Shown: positions 10,499 through 21,463, numbered from the whole stretch's first letter. The stretch: DNA of 63,832 bases, filler included, from Stramenopiles sp. TOSAG23-2 (GCA_900128395.1; 9 parts of 9 records of this genome joined end to end with filler, not necessarily neighbours in it), one strand, 5' to 3'. The notes: generated from the letters alone by a model not told the origin. Translations and numbers: made by a program.

Positions 10499-10636
10499 CT
10501 ACGAAAGTATCAGATCAACAATCTCTTGGAGAATTGAGTTCTCGTTAGCATATGCCCAGTCGACAGCTGTATTTTCAAATTCGTCAAGCGAGTTCATAAC
10601 TCTACAGGACATATATTTCAATAATAATTGAATCAC
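10499..10636 (-). pseudogene. Ankyrin-repeat C-terminal relic, same family as 45970-46742
   Basis: VIQLLLKYMSCRVMNSLDEFENTAVDWAYANENSILQEIVDLILS* aligns by eye with VIEFLLTNMSLTSINKKDKWDGVTPLDSAYENKSPIKQKIIDLIRSK. Confidence 0.65.
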
Positions 10637-10669
10637 AAACCAAAATTAAAATTCGAGTCAATAATATTT

Positions 10670-11032
10670 TTATTCATCATTAGGATTCGAATTTCTCGAT
10701 ACATTTGATGTTATAATTTTCTCTAGTACACCTTGATAACAATATCGAGTGTAATATGTATCCACTGGTTTCAAAACACTAAAGTGAACCCCGACTGAGG
10801 TGTGGTTATTTGTTTTACAAATAAAAACATTGGGTTCGTCTATCTCGAATCTAAATAAATCTCGTCTCACAGCCGTGTTGAAATAACAATATTCACCTTT
10901 TCTGGGTGGTCTATGGTGTTCCATGGACTCTAATTTTATGATGGCTAACCTTGCATTCTCGTCCCTTTCTCTCTTTTCCATATCTGTTAGTTCATACCTT
11001 AACTTCTCGTCTACTATATCGCACGGATTCAT
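10670..11032 (-). CDS. Hypothetical protein (120 aa)
   Basis: ATG-initiated intronless ORF (AAAAAATG context) with protein-like composition. No family recognised. Confidence 0.5.
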   Translation of the reverse strand: MNPCDIVDEKLRYELTDMEKRERDENARLAIIKLESMEHHRPPRKGEYCYFNTAVRRDLFRFEIDEPNVFICKTNNHTSVGVHFSVLKPVDTYYTRYCYQGVLEKIITSNVSRNSNPNDE

Positions 11033-11418
11033 TTTTTATTTCTACAACTTATTGTTTAATATATTTCTTCTTTGTTCAATATATGTAGTTATATGTATTT
11101 ATTTTTTATTTATTCTTAAACACAATTTATAAATATTGCAATAAACAAAATAACAGATGTGGTTATATATAATATTATAACTTAGATTTTAACCATTATA
11201 TATTATATAATATAGTGTAGTAATAGTTTATAGTATTTTTTAAAACTTATTATATTTAGTTTCTCCATCCAACTCTTCTTCTGTTTCTGCATTTACATTA
11301 TCGTTTTGCATGTTAAACGAACCCAATGGATATCAAAGTTGATGTCCGTATAATATAAATAAATATTTAATATAACTTTCCATGTTGAGTATAAAAATAC
11401 GTGTTTGGTGCCCAGTCC

Positions 11419-11611
11419 TGGTGATACTTTTTGAAGTTCCGAATCTCACTACGAAATGTTGTATTCTTACGGTGTTTATTATCCCTATCAAAAGGTATAT
11501 AAAGAAAGAAAAGTATAGGTGATTGCCGTACGAAGTATGTTTTGTGTGTGTAGTGTCTTGGTGCCTGATAGCTTGGTGATACTTTTTGAAGTTCCGAATC
11601 TCACTACGAAA
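11419..11611. repeat. 38-bp exact direct repeat (11419-11456 and 11574-11611)
   Basis: TGGTGATACTTTTTGAAGTTCCGAATCTCACTACGAAA occurs twice. Each copy is preceded by TTGGTGCC and followed downstream by CCTATCAAAA. Confidence 0.85.
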
Positions 11612-12021
11612 AAATATATTATCCTATCAAAAATGTACATCAATCTACCAGAAAACAGGTTTTTGATGTACTACAAAATAAATTAGTGCTATCGCCTTGT
11701 ATTTTTATCTTAGTATGAAGTCACAGTATACTTCGTTTTTGCAACTACCCATCAAGGTTTCAATTTACGTGAAAGTCGTTTAGCATTAGATAGCATTGGC
11801 GAAAGGAAAAAAAATGGACTATTTAAGTGTTGATTTTTCATGAAAAGAGACATCCATTTGCTTTCGGGATCAAGTAGGAATATTCTGGTAGTGTTAGATT
11901 GCTATATACGCATCACAAGAAGAATTTATTTGATATCTTTACTACCCAACACAACTTTCTGCGATTTCTTTCACTCAACAAAAAATTGTGAGTATTTAAG
12001 AGAGCGTATTTTTTTATAAAT

Positions 12022-12396
12022 ATGACAAGCCACAAACGTTCTACAGAAAATTCAAATAGAACGCAGCTGAAAAAAAGACGAATCACAAGATTCACATCCA
12101 ATGAAGAATATATAGAATTATATGATGGGAAAATGGTAGATTTGCTACTGAAACTATCACAGTCGAATCATCCCAACGCCCCTGATTGGTTGAACGATCC
12201 AAGAAATAAATACCGGATTCAGTTGCAGTTGGAATTTTTATCGAAAGCACCATACTGTAATGATGAAAAAGAAGCGAGAGGAAAACGACTGTTTCGTATC
12301 GGGGATACAATACATCAACGAGTGCAATATCAACAGTCACGTGATCACGACGGTGAGTTTGGGTCAAAATACCCACAGAACAGCTGCGGTGAATAG
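12022..12396 (+). CDS. Hypothetical protein (124 aa) with a basic NLS-like N-terminus
   Basis: ATG ORF preceded by TATAAAT, containing KRS...LKKRR. No family recognised. Confidence 0.45.
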   Translation: MTSHKRSTENSNRTQLKKRRITRFTSNEEYIELYDGKMVDLLLKLSQSNHPNAPDWLNDPRNKYRIQLQLEFLSKAPYCNDEKEARGKRLFRIGDTIHQRVQYQQSRDHDGEFGSKYPQNSCGE

Positions 12397-12520
12397 AGAC
12401 TGTAATTTCGAAAAGAAATGATCTATAATCTGTATGTGCGTTTAATTCATTAAATGTATCATCACCCCCCCCTGAAATCCCATAGAATAAAACAACGGAT
12501 CCCAGCCACTTACTTATAGT

Positions 12521-12976
12521 TCAATCGAATTCATATGGTCTTTGAGGCTCGATCGCCCGTTTCGGGACAGTCTTCAATTTATTCGCAATGGATATTTTAT
12601 GCTGACTCAACCGAATGTAGGAGTTAATTGCCGCAGCTTTTGCCTCTCGTTTTCCATAAATATCTTTTAGCAACCGTGCCTGCATTTTTTTCACTTCACG
12701 AATATCCCGTGTAATGCATGTGCGTAACGACAACAAATGTTCTTCAAAATGCAATATAAATTGCGCAAACCCAATATCTTTATGCTCTTTTTGAAGCGGT
12801 TGGTTGGTTCTCCTTTTAAATGCTTCGTACATTATGGTGTACATATTTTGATTTCCCGAAGAGTCGCTTAACTGATCTCTTAACTGTAATAGATAATCGT
12901 AATTTGTTGTGATGCACAAATAACACGGCTTCTCTATTTTCTCAACGTGTGGCGCATCCAAATTCAGGACACTCAT
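12521..12976 (-). CDS. Hypothetical 151-aa protein with a CxxC...HxxxH putative Zn site, possibly viral
   Basis: PCYLC near the N-terminus and HFEEH mid-protein. TATATAAG boxes lie just upstream of the ATG. Confidence 0.55.
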   Translation of the reverse strand: MSVLNLDAPHVEKIEKPCYLCITTNYDYLLQLRDQLSDSSGNQNMYTIMYEAFKRRTNQPLQKEHKDIGFAQFILHFEEHLLSLRTCITRDIREVKKMQARLLKDIYGKREAKAAAINSYIRLSQHKISIANKLKTVPKRAIEPQRPYEFD

Positions 12977-13054
12977 TTACTAGTACCGCCTTCGCTTATA
13001 TATAACACCTGACTACATAAAGACCTTATATACAACAGTCGGTGTATTTATAGT

Positions 13055-13250
13055 CGAAAATAGGAAATTGTCTAATGTCTGTACTTAAACAAGCACGAGC
13101 CATCAGCTCCAGCGGTCCCCTAGAAAACTGCGCCAATGTATGTACTATCAAAAACGAAAATAGTAATAGTCTAATGTAAGTACTTAAACAAGCACCTTCT
13201 ACTTTTGATAGGCAAAGTAAAAGTTACCAAGTAAAAGTTACCAAGTAAAA
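13055..13250. repeat. Cluster of short direct repeats in a non-coding region
   Basis: CGAAAATAG..GTCTAATGT..GTACTTAAACAAGCAC at 13055-13096 and 13155-13195. AAGTAAAAGTTACC tandem at about 13215-13250. Confidence 0.7.
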
Positions 13251-13305
13251 TTGTATTTACAAGGTAAATAGCGTTACGGAAACAAGTTGGGGAAACGGCA
13301 TGAAA

Positions 13306-15533
13306 TCAAAAAAAAAAGATTGGTGTTATTGTTCCCAAATTGACTACTTTTAAAATTATTACCGTAATTTCGAAAAGAAATGATCTATAATCTGTATGTG
13401 CGTTTAATTCATTAAATGTATCATCACCCCCCCCTGAAATCCCATAGAATAAAACAACGGATCCCGACAATAAAGAATGTGCAATAGCTGTAGTCACCAC
13501 GGGATTAAACTGGTTTTCTATTGTAGATATTGCTATTGCTTGGGATGTATCAAAATGTATCAATGTCCCGCCACCAACATAATCATTAGCTGTACGAGTA
13601 TTTCTGCCCAGTTCAATTTTATTACTCATTTTTGAAAAAATATTAGTGACTTGCGAAAAAAGCCCGTTGTACATATTTAGCCCACCGTCGAACATTATGG
13701 GCACCAACAAATCCCCAATTGTGATATTGTAATTGTGCAACAAAGTGAGGTTTGTCATCTCTCCATGCTCAATACCAGTGTGCAGATTAATTTTGCCTAT
13801 ATCCTCACCCGCGCCATTATTAGACGTTATCTTTTGTGGTAGGCATGGAAGTTCCGTAGGACATAACTGAAAATCAACACATTTGCTAGAACCGCATAAA
13901 CTACTTCCGTGGATTTCTAACACAGAATTGATGTAGCCATCTTCATATGACAAATAAGCTGTCGTTAATTGTGGCTGATTGAAAGATATTTGTATTTTAT
14001 TGGTTTCAATACTCTCTGCATACGAAGGGTCAGGTTCTTGTACAATCTGAAAGGTATTTCTAAGTGAAATATTTACGTCCCGTGTATTTATTTCTCCATC
14101 ATTCCCAGTCAAAGCCTTAGTATAAATCATGACGCCATTACTTGTTTGAACAGCATCAACTCTGTGTTTTCCAAAGACCCCGGATAGTTTTCCAACCGAA
14201 GCGTCTAGGTTGGAGCCATAAATTGTTAACCAGGAGTTGCCATCTGTGGGCACAGTTCCCGGGGATATCATAGTAATAATTGACATCGCATAAGAGGTAT
14301 TTGCTTGACTAACTATCCCTAATTTTTTATTTGCCACAACACGCCAGTAATGCGTTTGGCCCATTCCAGGTGCAGTATAACATTGCAAACTTGTATACGG
14401 AGCCACAGTGGACGCATTGGCGCATTTGAATCCTTGTCCATGCGGTCCATAGGTTACATGAACAAGATCAGGCCCAAAATTACTGCCGTAAAGTGTTATT
14501 TTTTCCCCACCTTGTTGATCTAACATATTAATAAGGCTTCCAGATTCTATTTCAACTCTATCTATACGCGCTGGACTAGGCAAAGTACATATGCGAATTT
14601 CTATATTAGATATACACCAAGTCTTGTCACTCGGCGGTATAATCTGAATTTCATTGACTCCGTCGGAATCACCACCACCATAATTATACAGACCTGTATT
14701 CACTGTTAGACCCGATGGTTTGCTCTCAAAACATTCATTACAATGCAACTTTCCTGGCTTTCCCACACCCTGAACAGTACCCACATTCTGCCCATTAAGA
14801 GTCACCGTTGCGATGTTACTAGGATCACTTTCGCCCGCAGCTTCAAAACCCATATCTCCCTTGATAACAATGTTTATTGCACTAACGTCTCGAGTGCCAT
14901 TGTTTAAACCCGCTTTTCGCACCGGGTCCACAAATCTTAAAGCGTCAAAGGGATCATTTCTTTTGCACCAAAACTCTTTTCCACATAGTTTACATCCTAT
15001 AGGATATTTCCCATCGCCAGCTCCTTTATTGAAAGGGTGAGGAGCACATCGACTACCAGGTTTAATAGCACTTAAACATTCGCTAGTTAAATGATTATTT
15101 AAAATCTTAGCATGGCACTCTTCAATTGATGCACAATGATGTTGATAAAAAGCTAATTGCGGATCTTCCGGCACAAACAGGCATTGTGAAGGACATTCCT
15201 CCCCTGGGCATTTTCCTACAATAGGGCTACTTTCAACAATTTCAACTGCCAGGGACAACTGGTCAAATCCCCAATATCCATCAGCTATGTCGCTTCCATA
15301 GTTACTCCCAACTTCAATCCATAAACTCTTTGAGTCTGGTATTTCTAACTGAACAGTTTCATCAATAGATGCAAAACATCTGGTGACTCTATCTTTGACA
15401 CCTTTATTATTCGTTTCCTTATTGGTATGATCAAAACTACTGTAAAGTCCAGTGTCCCAGTCTTTCCATTTACCAGTACATTCATCGTACTGGGGACTAT
15501 CTTTTCCCGATTCCCATACCAATACCTTAGTAG
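13306..15533 (-). CDS. Large Cys-rich extracellular protein with IPT/TIG domains (5' partial; 3' end probably truncated)
   Basis: GGEKITLYGSNFGP...VTYG...C...LQCYTAPGMG and PTDGNSWLTIYGSN are IPT/TIG signatures. The frame is open to the contig end and intronless. Confidence 0.7.
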
Positions 15534-15633
15534 NNNNNNNNNNNNNNNNNNNNNNNNNNNNNNNNNNNNNNNNNNNNTTAATTAATTAANNNNNNNNNNN
15601 NNNNNNNNNNNNNNNNNNNNNNNNNNNNNNNNN

Positions 15634-16010
15634 TGTAACTCTTTTGAAATGGTAGAAGAAGACATTTTTGTTGATATAGATACAGATGATGACGATGATT
15701 GTTGTTGTTGATCATGATGATCATAATATTCATGTTGTTGTTGTCGTCGTTGTTGTGTATAGTGATAATATTCTTCCTGTTGATAATAATCTCCTGTTGA
15801 TTGATTTTGATAGTGTTGTTGTTGATAATATTCATTATTTTTTGTTGGTCTATTATTATTATTATTATTATTATATTCTTGTTGTTGTTGCTGTGTTTCA
15901 TAATAGTTATTGTAATCTATATTATTATTATTGTAATCTATGTTATTGTTGTTGTTATCATTGTCATTGTCATGATACGCATCATCCTCATTGGTAACAA
16001 ATGATGACAT
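15634..16010 (-). CDS. N-terminal fragment of an Asn/Gln/Tyr-rich low-complexity protein (3' partial)
   Basis: MSSFVTNEDD... followed by poly-N/Q, open into the contig gap. Confidence 0.45.
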
Positions 16011-16845
16011 GCTGGTTCTCCGCGTATAGATGAATATGAAACCTTTGGATAAATTGTTGTTTACATCTGAACTAAAGAAACTTTGAAAAGTATTCCGGAT
16101 TCTTCTACACACATGATATATATATATTTTTGTAAATTAATTTCAAAAAAAGGTCAAATTTTCAGATTAGTAGCGACTGTAAGTACAAGTATTGGTAGTC
16201 TTAAAAATTGGGAGGTTATGATTTATGGATTTTTATGATTTATTAGAATTAATGAAACAAGTATTATATTAATAAATAATTATAAATTATCGGATATTAT
16301 ATTATTCATCATATTCCACTCTAAATATAGTCAGTTTGGTAACTTAAAACGATAATACCCTAAAATATAACTCTAAAATTTGGGTTGTAATGCTATGTCT
16401 ATGCTAACGCATGCGGCATTAAAAATTTACCGACGCGATGCTATTCGCATGTACTGTATTACAGACGTATTAAAATACAGACACAGAAATAAGCTTATAT
16501 AGACTATGTATTAATACTAAAAGTTGTACTTAATCAAAACCAAGCATATTTTTTCAGGCGCTTAGCATGAACACAGCACTAGCAGCTATCCATCATTTAA
16601 TAAAGCAAACTGAAATGAATGAAGAAGAAATCGTTCAAACAACGTGATGCAAAATATTTGATCAAAATATATATGAACTAAGAATAACAACAACAACAAT
16701 AAACAAATAGATTATAGAATATATATATAGAGAGAGATATATAACAACCATTCTACATACATTTATATTTAATATTATTTGCAATAATAAACGTGTGTGT
16801 GTGTGACAAATATTTATATACATAGGTCATACTTTTCAAAATACA

Positions 16846-17916
16846 ATGAAACGTGGTGAATATAAAAAAATAGATAATCAAGATGTGGACGAGGAACAAG
16901 AAGATGAGATAAACGTTGGACTATCAACAAACGTTGAAGACGTAAATAATAACAACAGCGAGAAAAACACGGAAAATACCTTTAACATACGTCTTAAGGT
17001 ACCAGGTGAAAAAGAAGTAGTGGTTTTATTGCCATCATCTGAAACCACTGTACAAAATGTAAAAGCATATGTTGAAGAAAAAACAGGAACAAAAGTAAAA
17101 TGTCAACGTCTAGTATTTGCAGGCAGAGTATTAGTTGATAAAAATACGGTTGGTTCATATAATATTGTAAATAACTCTATTCTTCATTTATTTCCTATAT
17201 CGGAAGCACAAGCAGATGCAAATATTGCTGCTGCAGCAAATGCACAAAATTCATCGACATCATCGTCAAATGGTGAAACAGTGCCAGCAACAGCAAGAAG
17301 ACCAACTTCAGCACAAGAAGAAATGAACCAACAACGTTTAAATCATGGAAATAGTTTTTTTTCTGGCGGCATACATGTAGAAAATCCTGCATTATTGTTA
17401 TGGAGAGCACGTGTTAAAATTATTTCCATCGTATGTATATTCTATTTCTCATTGGCATTGATGGATGAGATACCTGTTATCTTTGGATTGGAAGATAGCA
17501 AAAATTTGGCACCATATGGTCAAGTTGGTAAAGATAATATATTATTTATGCCAATGATTATTTTTGGAATTATATCGCATATAACTGGAATTGTAATTGC
17601 ATTACATGGAATCCGCGCAACGCATACGTTAGTTCCAAGGCATGCATTAATATTTTTCAAAGGATTTAGTGTTGTTATATTTTTAGCATCGATTAATACT
17701 GCAATTGAAACATATGTTTCCTACAAAAATGCTACTTCTCGAAGTTCAATTACCGATGATGCAAAGGATGCCATCTTTTTATCTCTTGGTTTAGATATAT
17801 TTGTAAGAATTTGTCTATGGTTTTTATGTTGGGTAACTGCTCGAAATTATCTTTATTTATGTCGTCAAAGAGAAGCAAGTAGAGCAAATAGTACTGCTGC
17901 TGTTGCAATTGTTTAA
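16846..17916 (+). CDS. Ubiquitin-like-domain membrane protein (Ubl plus about 4 TM helices)
   Basis: TVQNVKAYVEEKTG...QRLVFAGRVLVD.NTVGSYNI.NNSILHLF Ubl signature. Four hydrophobic segments in the C-terminal half. Confidence 0.85.
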   Translation: MKRGEYKKIDNQDVDEEQEDEINVGLSTNVEDVNNNNSEKNTENTFNIRLKVPGEKEVVVLLPSSETTVQNVKAYVEEKTGTKVKCQRLVFAGRVLVDKNTVGSYNIVNNSILHLFPISEAQADANIAAAANAQNSSTSSSNGETVPATARRPTSAQEEMNQQRLNHGNSFFSGGIHVENPALLLWRARVKIISIVCIFYFSLALMDEIPVIFGLEDSKNLAPYGQVGKDNILFMPMIIFGIISHITGIVIALHGIRATHTLVPRHALIFFKGFSVVIFLASINTAIETYVSYKNATSRSSITDDAKDAIFLSLGLDIFVRICLWFLCWVTARNYLYLCRQREASRANSTAAVAIV

Positions 17917-18532
17917 ATAAAAGAGAGAGAGAGAGAGAGAGAAAGGATTGTGTAGGATATTTGATAGGTAGATCTTGGATGATAATAAATCCATAAAATC
18001 CAAAAATGGCCAATGTTAATTGGATGAAAATATCTAGAATATCCGATTTATGGTATTACCTATATAACTATATATTTATAGTATACTAAATCTGTACTAA
18101 TTAGACCACGCCTGTTTTGGGGAGAGTTTCATCCGTCATATTTACAAGGATAATACAGTAAGGAATATTTTCAGCTCTATTATAATTTAAATTGTGCAAT
18201 TCTCCTCTCGTCGGCACTCGGCACTATATCATCGCAAAAAATAATAAAAAAAAGGGGGCGAAAAAATTATTAATTTTTTTTTTTATTATATTAAAAAATA
18301 CTATGACTGGATGACACTAAACAGTGCAAAGAAACATTACTTTTATAATGTATATCTCTCCAAATTAAATTTACATATATATATATATATAATTATTTAA
18401 ACAACAACTCCCACGTACATGCATACAATAAACATTTTAGAAACACTTAAAAACTGGGCAGATCTACCCAGTAAATAACTTTAACAACTACAACTGCATA
18501 CCATTGCGCAAAACGTGCAAATCCTGAAAACT

Positions 18533-21463
18533 ATGGATCGCGTACTTTTCTTCATAACATCTTACCATGTTACCTATGTTTTTCTATTATTTTATTGCAT
18601 GTTTCCGTCTGTTTCTTGTACGGGCGTCAAAATATCAAAGTCCGGAGAAAGAGTAAATCTTTTAGAGGATCCTATATATTCAAAAGTAATAAAAAAAGAC
18701 ACAAGTAGTTTGGCAAAAGCAATAGGGGGAGATGTACAGTCAAAAGTAGAAGACCATATATCGAATGATTTAGATGCTGATAAGGCTACTAGACATTTAG
18801 GACATCGTAAAACACGTTTGCCTGTACAAAACATATTCATCTATGAAGTGCAATCGCCAATTGAAATAGAATTTTCAAAAGCTTCTATGAAGGCAAAAGC
18901 TTCATGCTTTGATCAAACAGATGAAGATGCGGTTCTACGTGCGTTGGAAATGTTAAACGACCTTGTACCGTTAAAAAAGAAGGAAAATATATATGATATG
19001 TATAAAACGAATCCAAAACTACAACAGTTTCTACGTATTAATAACGTTCAAAAAGAGAAAGGTTCACGTACGGAAGAATTTGCTATAAATCAAAAATTAG
19101 CGTTGTATTATTTCTCAAACATATTTACTCAAATTGTAAAACTGCCATTAATGGACAAAATTTACGATAATGCATGGGAACGCCCATTAATATACCGTTT
19201 AACGTCTGTCCGTAGACATCTACAAAACGCATTAACAAACGCTATTAAGTTCAAAACACAACACACTATCAATTTAAACAACGGGCAACTCGCTTGTCAA
19301 AAATTTATTCAAATTCAAAGATTATTACAAGCTTCTACGACATTTTTAAACCAATTATCAACCTGTACTGGCAATAATTTCGCTGAAGTCCCAGCAAAGA
19401 CATTATCGTGCAAATTTGATTTTACTTTTCCAGAATTAATAATAGCAAAGACAATAGAATTTGAAACACTTCAAAGTATAATGAAAGAAACATCTTTGTT
19501 GGAGCAAACATTAAAACATAGAAGTAGTTCCTGGAAAGTAGATACCACCACCGTTGTCAATCGTGAAAATGAAGGGAGGAAATCAATGCACAAACAACCA
19601 AAGAATATGAAAGAAACAATGCAAACAAAGAGTAGCAATGGTATGAAAAAGTCATTAGCATCAAAAGCAAAAAACAATAAGAAGGAGAGGAGAGAAGAAG
19701 ATACAAAAATATCGAATATAGAAGAAGCTACAAAAATATCGAATAAAGCTATAATGCCAATTATTGCTGGTCGATTGAATCCTGCTGATGCAAAGAAAGG
19801 TCTTTATAAATCTGGCAATATAGTCCATAACGATGCAACTTATTTTATATTAACAAAGCAAAAGGCACAAATGGACGAGGCCAGCTGGAGACCTATACCC
19901 GATTTTCAACAACGACGTGCATTGAAACAAGACTATGAAGAAAATGATATTGTTACGTTTGGAGATCAAGTATATACATTAAGCGATATCAACGATCAGG
20001 ATAAATTCGATGGATGGTCGCCAATAAAGAGGATGCACAACGTCGATAGTAATATAATCAAGCATACGCTTATACCAAATATATATGGTATATTTGATCC
20101 AGTACGAGCAAAATCAAATAAATACGAGTTAAAAGATATTGTATATGCAATGGAAGATGAAGCGTATTATGTGTTAATAGATCCAAAACGTCAAAATGAG
20201 GACAACGCGTGGGTACGAATAAATCACATTGATGATAAATTGGCAGCAGCATCGGGTTACAATGCAAATGATTTAGTTGAAAATGATGGTCAAGTTTTTT
20301 TACTGTTCTCACCATTTAAGCAAACAGATCCGGAATCATGGATGGTGTTGCCCCGCCATGATAATAACATTCAAATGGAAATTAAAAAAGCAACAGCAGA
20401 AAAAAGAAAGAAGGAGAAAATCTTTGAATCTACAGTAAAAAATGAATTAGCATTTGAGGAGCGGGAGAAAAAAAAATTAAAAATTTTAAATGAAAAAATG
20501 AACATGGAAATAAAAAAAAGTATGCATAGATCCAACAATAACGCGGTAAAAACTAATACAGGGTTGCCTCCCCAATATCCCAAAGATAAATGCATATACC
20601 ACAGCTCACAAACTTCACTGAAGAAATTAGTATGCGGGGCACCAACGAAAGTTAATATGAAAAATGGCATAAATGTTTTTGAAATTCCACTGGAAGATGC
20701 ATATTTAGATCCAAATGTAATGAACAGTAAAAATTTTGCATATGGCATAACAGATCGATGCGGCCACTTACAAAAATATTTGACTGTTTCAATACGCGAT
20801 CCAGTATATCTTGGAAGCATCGATGGTCGGTATGCTTACACATTGCCTAAATTAGTCGGAGAATTAGATTGTCTTAACCATGATTGCCAAGTTCACACGT
20901 GCAATCAATTAACCGGGATGGCTAGCGTGATAAGTGCAAATTTGTACGTATACCGTAAAGTTCGTATGAAGGAAACAAATGGGACAGCGACAAATAATAT
21001 ACCGAACATGGCAAGAAAAAACGTGTTTGTCGCAGAATACGAAATTAATGGCAAAGGTAGTACATTTTCAGTCGACTTTGTGCGCCATCCAATAAATCGT
21101 GTAACGAAGAAATTTGCTCCGTCATCGAAACAAGATTACTCCTTCCTAGAGGTAGAACAAAATAAAATCGAAATCCAAAATATTTGCAATAAGTTAAAGA
21201 AACTTCTGACTCAACATCCAGATGCTTCCGAGGATGATGTATCTCTCTATTTACATGAAGAATATGATATGGTTGAAAGTGAAATGTTAGAAATCCGTAA
21301 ACAATGTAATGAAAAGGAGATGCGGATGAAGGTGTCCACAACAGAGGAGCTGCATAAACAAAAGAAAAAAAAACTACAAGTATCACATGAAAATGGCAAT
21401 AGAGAAGACACATTTCAACGCCGCCATCGTCATGAATGGTTGTCCAGAGCACATGAATGTTAA
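18533..21463 (+). CDS. Large secreted protein with four CBM5/12-like repeats
   Basis: Hydrophobic N-terminus. Repeats of the form Y..xDIV...(G/D)..Y.L.....W at about 19770-20350. Intronless. Confidence 0.7.
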   Translation: MDRVLFFITSYHVTYVFLLFYCMFPSVSCTGVKISKSGERVNLLEDPIYSKVIKKDTSSLAKAIGGDVQSKVEDHISNDLDADKATRHLGHRKTRLPVQNIFIYEVQSPIEIEFSKASMKAKASCFDQTDEDAVLRALEMLNDLVPLKKKENIYDMYKTNPKLQQFLRINNVQKEKGSRTEEFAINQKLALYYFSNIFTQIVKLPLMDKIYDNAWERPLIYRLTSVRRHLQNALTNAIKFKTQHTINLNNGQLACQKFIQIQRLLQASTTFLNQLSTCTGNNFAEVPAKTLSCKFDFTFPELIIAKTIEFETLQSIMKETSLLEQTLKHRSSSWKVDTTTVVNRENEGRKSMHKQPKNMKETMQTKSSNGMKKSLASKAKNNKKERREEDTKISNIEEATKISNKAIMPIIAGRLNPADAKKGLYKSGNIVHNDATYFILTKQKAQMDEASWRPIPDFQQRRALKQDYEENDIVTFGDQVYTLSDINDQDKFDGWSPIKRMHNVDSNIIKHTLIPNIYGIFDPVRAKSNKYELKDIVYAMEDEAYYVLIDPKRQNEDNAWVRINHIDDKLAAASGYNANDLVENDGQVFLLFSPFKQTDPESWMVLPRHDNNIQMEIKKATAEKRKKEKIFESTVKNELAFEEREKKKLKILNEKMNMEIKKSMHRSNNNAVKTNTGLPPQYPKDKCIYHSSQTSLKKLVCGAPTKVNMKNGINVFEIPLEDAYLDPNVMNSKNFAYGITDRCGHLQKYLTVSIRDPVYLGSIDGRYAYTLPKLVGELDCLNHDCQVHTCNQLTGMASVISANLYVYRKVRMKETNGTATNNIPNMARKNVFVAEYEINGKGSTFSVDFVRHPINRVTKKFAPSSKQDYSFLEVEQNKIEIQNICNKLKKLLTQHPDASEDDVSLYLHEEYDMVESEMLEIRKQCNEKEMRMKVSTTEELHKQKKKKLQVSHENGNREDTFQRRHRHEWLSRAHEC

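Larger units (their letters stand above)
12402..13465. repeat. 102-bp exact direct repeat (12402-12503 and 13364-13465)
   Basis: GTAATTTCGAAAAG...ACAACGGATCCC is identical in both places, 962 bp apart. Confidence 0.9.

Noticed and set aside
12402-13465. Possible DGR template/variable repeat pair
   Set aside because: The copies are 100% identical, with no adenine-specific mismatches, and there is no reverse transcriptase in the window.
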